DNA from: Candidatus Odinarchaeota archaeon
GTDB lineage: Archaea; Asgardarchaeota; Odinarchaeia; Odinarchaeales; Odinarchaeaceae
Direction of reading: 5' to 3'
NCBI GenBank assembly: GCA_038826135.1
Contig: JAWBON010000045.1
Coordinates: forward strand, 1 to 9,578
Length of the DNA: 9,578 nt
This document shows, piece after piece, positions 6,533 through 9,578 of the stretch. The position numbers and the translations under genes are program-made. A model generated the notes under the pieces. The model searched no databases and had not been told where the DNA came from. It saw only the letters and a program-made list of their open reading frames with translations. The stretch's first letter is position 1; every line of letters begins with the position of its first letter.

Positions 6533-7024
6533 GTGATGAATTTGGAGTTTGAAGACGAGTTTATTGAAAGATTTAAAGATGTTGAAAGACTGGTGATATT
6601 AGGAGTCGGTAACATTATACGTCGAGATGACGGGGTTGGACCTAGTATAATTCACTCATTGAAAGGTAAGTTGAATGGGAGAGTGAAGCTTATAGACACA
6701 GGTCCTATTCCGGAAAGTTTCACAGATGTTATTAAAGCTTTTAAGCCAACTCATATTTTAATAATCGACGCGGCGGGGATGAATAAAAAACCAGGTTGCA
6801 TCCGATTCATCGAAGAGGATCAGATTTTAAACACATCTTTCTCAACTCATCAAATGCCGTTAAGCCTTTTAATAGATTATCTTAAATGTGAAACCGACAG
6901 CAAAATATATCTGTTAGGTATTCAACCTTTAACTAACGCATTCGGTGAAGGCTTAACACCGGAGGTGGAGGAGGCTAAGCACAGAATTGTTAAATTATTA
7001 ATTAAAATTTTTAAAAAACTCTGA
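6533..7024 (+). CDS. hycI: Hydrogenase maturation protease, HycI type (peptidase A31 family)
   Basis: Motifs VILGVGNIIRRDDGVGP, IDTGPIPE, LIIDAA, STHQMPL, LLGIQP. The start could be GTG 6533 or ATG 6536. Confidence 0.9.
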   Translation: MMNLEFEDEFIERFKDVERLVILGVGNIIRRDDGVGPSIIHSLKGKLNGRVKLIDTGPIPESFTDVIKAFKPTHILIIDAAGMNKKPGCIRFIEEDQILNTSFSTHQMPLSLLIDYLKCETDSKIYLLGIQPLTNAFGEGLTPEVEEAKHRIVKLLIKIFKKL

Positions 7025-7025
7025 G

Positions 7026-8291
7026 GTGGTGGGTGATATAATTAACATAGTGGAAAATCTGAGAAAAAATGGTTTTGATTACGATCCTGACACCGGTTTA
7101 TACGTTAATTCGAAGACAGGCCTACCTCTCACACTATTCTTCGACGAAAACTCCAGCCGCCTCCTTCTATTAGATCAATGTAAACTTCCATACGAGGTTG
7201 ATGTCTGGTCCACTAATAACTGGTATGATGCAGCTATTAAGGGAATTAAAGGTATGATAGTTAGAGGCTCTCAAGCTATTGGTGTGACTGGGGCTTACTG
7301 TTTAGCTTTAGCCTGCATCGATATATGTAATGTTGGTGTTGAAGAGGCGTTAAAAATACTTTTTGAGAGGGGTGAGATTATAAGAAACAGTCGGCCAACG
7401 GCTGTTAACCTTAGCTGGGCTGTTAATAGAATACTTAATTCAATTAAATCTAGTGAGATTGTAAGCCTAGATGATTTAAAGACAAGGGTTTTGAATGAGG
7501 CTAATAAAATCTTTTTAGAGGATCTCATTTTAAATAGAAATCTTAGAAGAAATGGTTTACAATTCTTTGAGTCCGGGGATGTAATTTTAACTCATTGCAA
7601 CGCAGGTTCTTTAGCAACAGTTTACGGTGGCAGTGCGATAAGCATTCTCTCAGAGGCTTTTTTAAGCGGTAAACAGTTGACTGTTATTTCGAAAGAGACT
7701 CGCCCTCGAAGCCAGGGTTTTAAACTGACAGTATGGGAGCTTAACAAAATAGGGATACCCACCATCGCGATAACGGATAATATGGTATCTAAAAGTATAG
7801 AAAGATTCAAGATTAATAAAATACTGGTCGGCGCGGATAGGATAACCAGAGACGGTTATGTAACTAATAAAATAGGCACCTATGACATAGCCCGCATAGC
7901 TTATATGGAAAAAATACCATTCTACGTAGCTGCATCCTATTCAACTTTAGATTTAGAGCGCCGCGCTTATGAAATACCGATAGAGGAACGGGATAAAGAT
8001 GAGATTAGAGCCTTATATGAATACGAGATCAGCTTCATGATTAGTAAAGGTTTGTTATCGGAGAAAGCTGTGAGAAAATGGCCTTCTGACGATAAGCTGA
8101 CTGAGTCAGAGTCTCCGGAAAACTTTAAGATAAAATTATATAATCCTGCTTTCGATACAACCCCGTCTAAATATATTAATAGAATAATACTTGACATCGG
8201 GGTGTTCACTCCCAGTCAAATCAAAGATTTAAATTGGCATGATATAAACGGTAAAATAAGCGAGGTCACTGGTAGAGAGCTCTTAATATAG
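7026..8291 (+). CDS. mtnA: Methylthioribose-1-phosphate isomerase-like protein (eIF-2B/MtnA family), with extensions
   Basis: Motifs LDQ.KLP, VRG..AIG, SRPTAVNL, THCNAGSLAT, ETRP..QG, VGADRI, NKIGTY, IPFYVAA, IPIEER, YNPAFD.TP. Begins 1 nt after the hycI stop; start is GTG 7026 or 7029. Confidence 0.85.
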   Translation: MVGDIINIVENLRKNGFDYDPDTGLYVNSKTGLPLTLFFDENSSRLLLLDQCKLPYEVDVWSTNNWYDAAIKGIKGMIVRGSQAIGVTGAYCLALACIDICNVGVEEALKILFERGEIIRNSRPTAVNLSWAVNRILNSIKSSEIVSLDDLKTRVLNEANKIFLEDLILNRNLRRNGLQFFESGDVILTHCNAGSLATVYGGSAISILSEAFLSGKQLTVISKETRPRSQGFKLTVWELNKIGIPTIAITDNMVSKSIERFKINKILVGADRITRDGYVTNKIGTYDIARIAYMEKIPFYVAASYSTLDLERRAYEIPIEERDKDEIRALYEYEISFMISKGLLSEKAVRKWPSDDKLTESESPENFKIKLYNPAFDTTPSKYINRIILDIGVFTPSQIKDLNWHDINGKISEVTGRELLI

Positions 8292-8315
8292 AAAACTAGC
8301 TTTTTTAAAGCGAAT

Positions 8316-9077
8316 TCACTCTTTTAACTGGTATAAAACTTCAATGAACGCATCACTATCAAGCTTAATACTATTCCGCCATTTTTCACCTATACCAAGC
8401 AATACAATGATGCCTAAAAGTTTAGCAGAAGCCTCCTCCGTTATGCTGACGAGCATCTTCTGTGTCTCACCAGATCTTATCACATCGTCGACTATTAGCA
8501 CAGCTTCACCTTTAAGTAATAGGTTTTTTGGAAGATACATGGTTGTAACTATACCAGACGCCTCTATAGAGGATACCGCCTCATAAAAAGCGTCTACACC
8601 TATCTCCTTACTATATTTTCCAAATATTACAGGTACATTGAAATTACTAGCTACATGTGTGGCTAGTGGAATACCGTCGACAGCAGCCGTTAGAATCTTA
8701 TCTATCTTTAATGAATTATATTTTTCCTTGATATAAGCGCCGATGCTTCTTAATAAAACAGTGTTAGTTACAATTTGTGTATTATTGAAAAAACCATTTT
8801 TATCAAACTTGACATGCGCCGCTATAAGTTTCTTAATATCCTCTCCGGTGAGCGTTTCTTCGGAGTATTGGAACATTGACAATATTTTTCTCGCTCTTAG
8901 ATATGATGGTAGTAGGTGGCCTTTAATATACCTATTAAGCACTGTTGTGGGGACCCCGGTCTTTTTAGATAATTCACTGTAGCTATGAGTCTGTTTTAAG
9001 GTTTTTAAAGCCTCTATGGCTTTTAACCTGGTTTTTATCTTCTCACAGTAATTCTCTTTAGCCAAATAAACCACCAT
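8316..9077 (-). CDS. HTH-domain phosphoribosyltransferase-family protein (archaeal Apt/PurR-like)
   Basis: N-terminal HTH (SYSELSKKTGVPTTVLNRYIKGHLLPS) followed by a type I PRTase domain (ILTAAVDGIPLA, PRPP-binding VLIVDDVIRSGET). Confidence 0.85.
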   Translation of the reverse strand: MVVYLAKENYCEKIKTRLKAIEALKTLKQTHSYSELSKKTGVPTTVLNRYIKGHLLPSYLRARKILSMFQYSEETLTGEDIKKLIAAHVKFDKNGFFNNTQIVTNTVLLRSIGAYIKEKYNSLKIDKILTAAVDGIPLATHVASNFNVPVIFGKYSKEIGVDAFYEAVSSIEASGIVTTMYLPKNLLLKGEAVLIVDDVIRSGETQKMLVSITEEASAKLLGIIVLLGIGEKWRNSIKLDSDAFIEVLYQLKE

Positions 9078-9392
9078 TGATATTTAAATGAAACCGTGTT
9101 TTAGACAAGCTGGGATTCTAAATCATAATTATTTAAACAATTATATAGATAAATATATACAGCTCAGCTAGATAAAGTAACGTTTTATTCTGAGCGTTCT
9201 TTGCACTAGCAGCGCGCCTCGGAGAAACCGTTCAAAACCTTCTTAAATATTGTGGAAAGGTTATCTGGTGTTTGATGAATATTTTTCAAACTTGGCTTAG
9301 GAACTAGGGTAATGATAGCAAATGTAGACTGCGTTTTATCTGAATTAACGGATATAATGTAGGATTTGTTAACTGGCAGTGTTCTCGACTAT

Positions 9393-9413
9393 TAAAAACG
9401 CTGAAATAAGCGT
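9393..9413 (-). terminator. Possible hairpin plus short U-run downstream of tRNA-Ser
   Basis: Minus strand reads ACGCT-TATTTC-AGCGT-TTTTA, starting about 15 nt after the tRNA CCA. The stem is only 5 bp, and archaeal termination does not strictly need hairpins. Confidence 0.35.
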
Positions 9414-9427
9414 CATACAGTTTTAAA

Positions 9428-9526
9428 TGGCGCCGGGGGCAGGATTTGAACCCGCGAGGTGCAAAGCACCACTGGCTTTCCTGACGGTACTCGAGGCCAG
9501 CGCCTTAGCCGCTTGGCTACCCCGGC
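9428..9526 (-). tRNA. tRNA-Ser(CGA) with 12-nt canonical (37/38) intron at 9478-9489, long variable arm and encoded CCA
   Basis: Reverse complement: acceptor GCCGGGG/CCCCGGC, discriminator G, CCA; anticodon stem CTGGC/GCCAG; loop CT-CGA-G^A (anticodon at 9491-9493); variable arm GGTGC-TTT-GCACC; T-arm GCGGG-TTCAAAT-CCTGC; intron TACCGTCAGGAA. Confidence 0.95.
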
Positions 9527-9578
9527 GTATAATCTTGTCATATTAGAAAATAATAAAACTCTATAAAGCCTTATCTAA

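Noticed and set aside
7295-8982. ORFs 7295-7528, 7622-7810, 7967-8209, 8344-8586 and 8743-8982
   Set aside because: Antisense shadows of mtnA and the HTH-PRTase.
9273-9343. Possible C/D box sRNA (TGATGA at 9273-9278, CTGA at 9340-9343)
   Set aside because: No purine before the C box, poor D'/C' boxes, a 21-nt D-guide spacing, no terminal stem, and an AT-rich guide with no evident target.
281-9424. 10-nt inverted match AAAACTGTAT (281-290) / ATACAGTTTT (9415-9424) beside two tRNA 3' ends
   Set aside because: Short, AT-rich and expected by chance; no transposase or target-site duplication, and the enclosed genes are housekeeping.
9428-9526. Selenocysteine tRNA because of the long variable arm
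   Set aside because: The anticodon is CGA, not TCA, and the 7-bp acceptor and 5-bp T-stem are standard for tRNA-Ser.

Overview
AT-rich archaeal chromosomal segment; gene content and tRNA introns suggest a TACK/Asgard-type organism (inference, not assignable from this window). Order: 3' end of a probable arsenite methyltransferase (+), tRNA-Arg(TCG) (-, one intron), tRNA-Gly(CCC) (+, two introns, one in the T-arm), two tandem paralogous multi-CxxC zinc-ribbon proteins of unknown function (+), a minus-strand cluster of tRNA-splicing endonuclease subunit, HisS and PIN-domain ATPase (PINA-like), a plus-strand pair of HycI-type hydrogenase maturation protease and MtnA-like isomerase, an HTH-phosphoribosyltransferase (-), and tRNA-Ser(CGA) (-, one intron). 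Most notable: (1) a double-intron tRNA-Gly with a 53/54 intron, C33 and a T-stem mismatch; (2) an EndA homolog lacking the catalytic Tyr and His, probably a structural subunit of a heteromeric, broad-specificity splicing endonuclease; (3) the zinc-ribbon paralog pair, whose bodies are diverged but whose 3' ends are nearly identical in DNA, suggesting gene conversion or a portable C-terminal module. No transposase, integrase or CRISPR array was seen. Family assignments come from motif recognition; no database search was run.
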